A DNA stretch of 58,299 bases, taken from IMG/VR virus record IMGVR_UViG_3300021225_000305, positions 1 through 58,299 of that record, one strand, 5' to 3'. A model generated the notes under the pieces. That model did no database searches, had not been told where the DNA came from, and saw nothing but the letters and a program-made list of their open reading frames with translations. Made by a program: the position numbers and the translations under genes. Shown here one piece after another: positions 57,021-58,299 of this stretch; position 1 is the first letter of the stretch, and every line of letters starts with the position of its first letter. This DNA comes from a virus. Taxonomy: Duplodnaviria; Caudoviricetes.

Positions 57021-58299
57021 ATGGCTAGCACAAAAGATCTATACGATGAGTTAAAAGGTAATCCTTTTGTTAATATTAAAGACGACTATGAAACCTTTAA
57101 TTTAAAACTAAAAGATCCTAATTTCTTAAACCGTTTAGATGAGGTCATGACCAAGTTTGGAAAAGACATCAACGCCTACGATATTCCTAAAAAAAAAAAG
57201 GATGGCGAGGACGAATCATCTCAGCCTACAGAGCAGCCATCAGCGACTACAGAGCCAACAGAGACGGGTGGTGTTAATGTAGATCCAGAGACAGGTCGTG
57301 AATTAGGCGCTGATGAGGCATTTATCAAGCAAGGATATGAGGATCGTGGGACGCATTGGTTCAATAAGACTACTGGTCAGATTATATATAAGAAAAGAAA
57401 AGAGGTAAATCAGAAGCCTGATATGCCTGTTGTTGATTTACAGGCTCCTCCTGAGGCTCCTGAAATGCCTGAGACTCCAGAGCTTGTTGCTCCTGAGAAA
57501 CCAATTGAAGAGCAGGTATTAGAAACACAGGCAGCTCAAACTCCAAATGCGGATGTTAACAACTTAGATAAAACTACTGTAGTAGGTAGTGTTATTTCTG
57601 AGCAAGAGCCAGATGCGAACAAAGTAAGTAAGATTGTATCAGATGCTAATACTGTTGCAGGTACAGCTCTCAAGAAGAAGAAGAGAGGAACAGATGCTAA
57701 TAAAGCTATTATAACCTATTCTCCAAGTTCTGCAAGTGATGTTGTCTACGTGTCTGATGGAGATAGGGTTGTCTCTATGGACAAGAGAAGTGATAAGTAC
57801 TCAGAGATCATTGCGACTAACCCATACACTGTTCAGCTAAAAAATTCAGAGGCGTTTAAGGACCTTATTCAACTTCAAAAAGAAGGAAATAAACAAGGTT
57901 TTCAAAACTATTTAGAGACGGCAGGTAATCCAGCTGCACAAGAGGTTGCTGACCGTGCTTTTGGTGGTTTTACAACTGAGCCTCTTATAGAGTCTACTAT
58001 CATCAGTGGAGATAATCAAGAGAGACCAACTCGTATCTCTAATAGCCCGTTAAACAAATTAAAACTTGACAACCTCTTTGGAGCTGCTGAGAACCTATGG
58101 AATAATATTATCAATAAAAATGTAGACAGACCTTGGCAAACAGAACAGCAGTATGATGCAGAGGATTTTATTAACAATGTTGATCCTAGTTTAAGTGAGG
58201 AGGAGAAGCAATCTCAACAAGCATTTGATTCAGCTTTTCAAACAGGAACAGAGCAACCAGATGTTAAAGAGCATAAAAAATTAAAAAAGCCAATGTATG
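57021..58299 (+). CDS. Large virion protein, N-terminal part; 3'-truncated, absent from ORF track
   Basis: ATG at 57021 after TATCTTTG; MASTKDLYDELKGNPF...PKKKKDGEDESSQPTE... stays in frame through the A-run, with no stop seen before the window end. Confidence 0.7.
   Translation, partial: MASTKDLYDELKGNPFVNIKDDYETFNLKLKDPNFLNRLDEVMTKFGKDINAYDIPKKKKDGEDESSQPTEQPSATTEPTETGGVNVDPETGRELGADEAFIKQGYEDRGTHWFNKTTGQIIYKKRKEVNQKPDMPVVDLQAPPEAPEMPETPELVAPEKPIEEQVLETQAAQTPNADVNNLDKTTVVGSVISEQEPDANKVSKIVSDANTVAGTALKKKKRGTDANKAIITYSPSSASDVVYVSDGDRVVSMDKRSDKYSEIIATNPYTVQLKNSEAFKDLIQLQKEGNKQGFQNYLETAGNPAAQEVADRAFGGFTTEPLIESTIISGDNQERPTRISNSPLNKLKLDNLFGAAENLWNNIINKNVDRPWQTEQQYDAEDFINNVDPSLSEEEKQSQQAFDSAFQTGTEQPDVKEHKKLKKPMY

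Noticed and set aside
57180-57200. Frameshift at the A11 run in the last ORF
   Set aside because: The frame stays open (CCT AAA AAA AAA AAG GAT); the ORF is missing from the track only because it has no stop inside the window.
1-58299. Stop-codon reassignment as in some crAss-like phages
   Set aside because: Long genes are intact in code 11, TAG and TGA end genes at sensible junctions, and no suppressor tRNA is seen.

Overview
The window is ~58 kb of a tailed dsDNA bacteriophage genome with crAss-like/Bacteroidota podovirus architecture, read in the standard genetic code. The + strand carries a virion module (GroES-like protein, terminase, portal, scaffold, major capsid, ring/adaptor proteins, muzzle/stabilisation protein, ejection proteins; 37.0-58.3 kb) and the 3' part of a giant virion protein followed by ferritin, M15 endolysin, holin-like genes and a tail fibre (1-10.7 kb). 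Both window ends fall inside large + strand ORFs. The - strand carries recombination genes (RecT, YqaJ exonuclease, RusA), replication genes (initiator-like protein, T7 gp4/Twinkle-like primase-helicase, DnaA-C domain protein) and many small early ORFs. Recurrent TAnnTTTG (-7) promoters, some with TTTG (-33), point to a Bacteroidota host. The most striking unexplained structure is RNA- and DNA-level. (1) An early operon runs promoter > boxA-like motif > tRNA-like element > ORF > hammerhead ribozyme > SAM-lyase-like ORF > second hammerhead ribozyme. (2) A tiled array of about 20 different imperfect palindromes (22.4-23.7 kb) may be a decoy operator library. (3) Several small RNAs or leaders are antisense to translation-start regions or form kissing loops. 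Protein calls come from motif recognition by eye, with no database searches.
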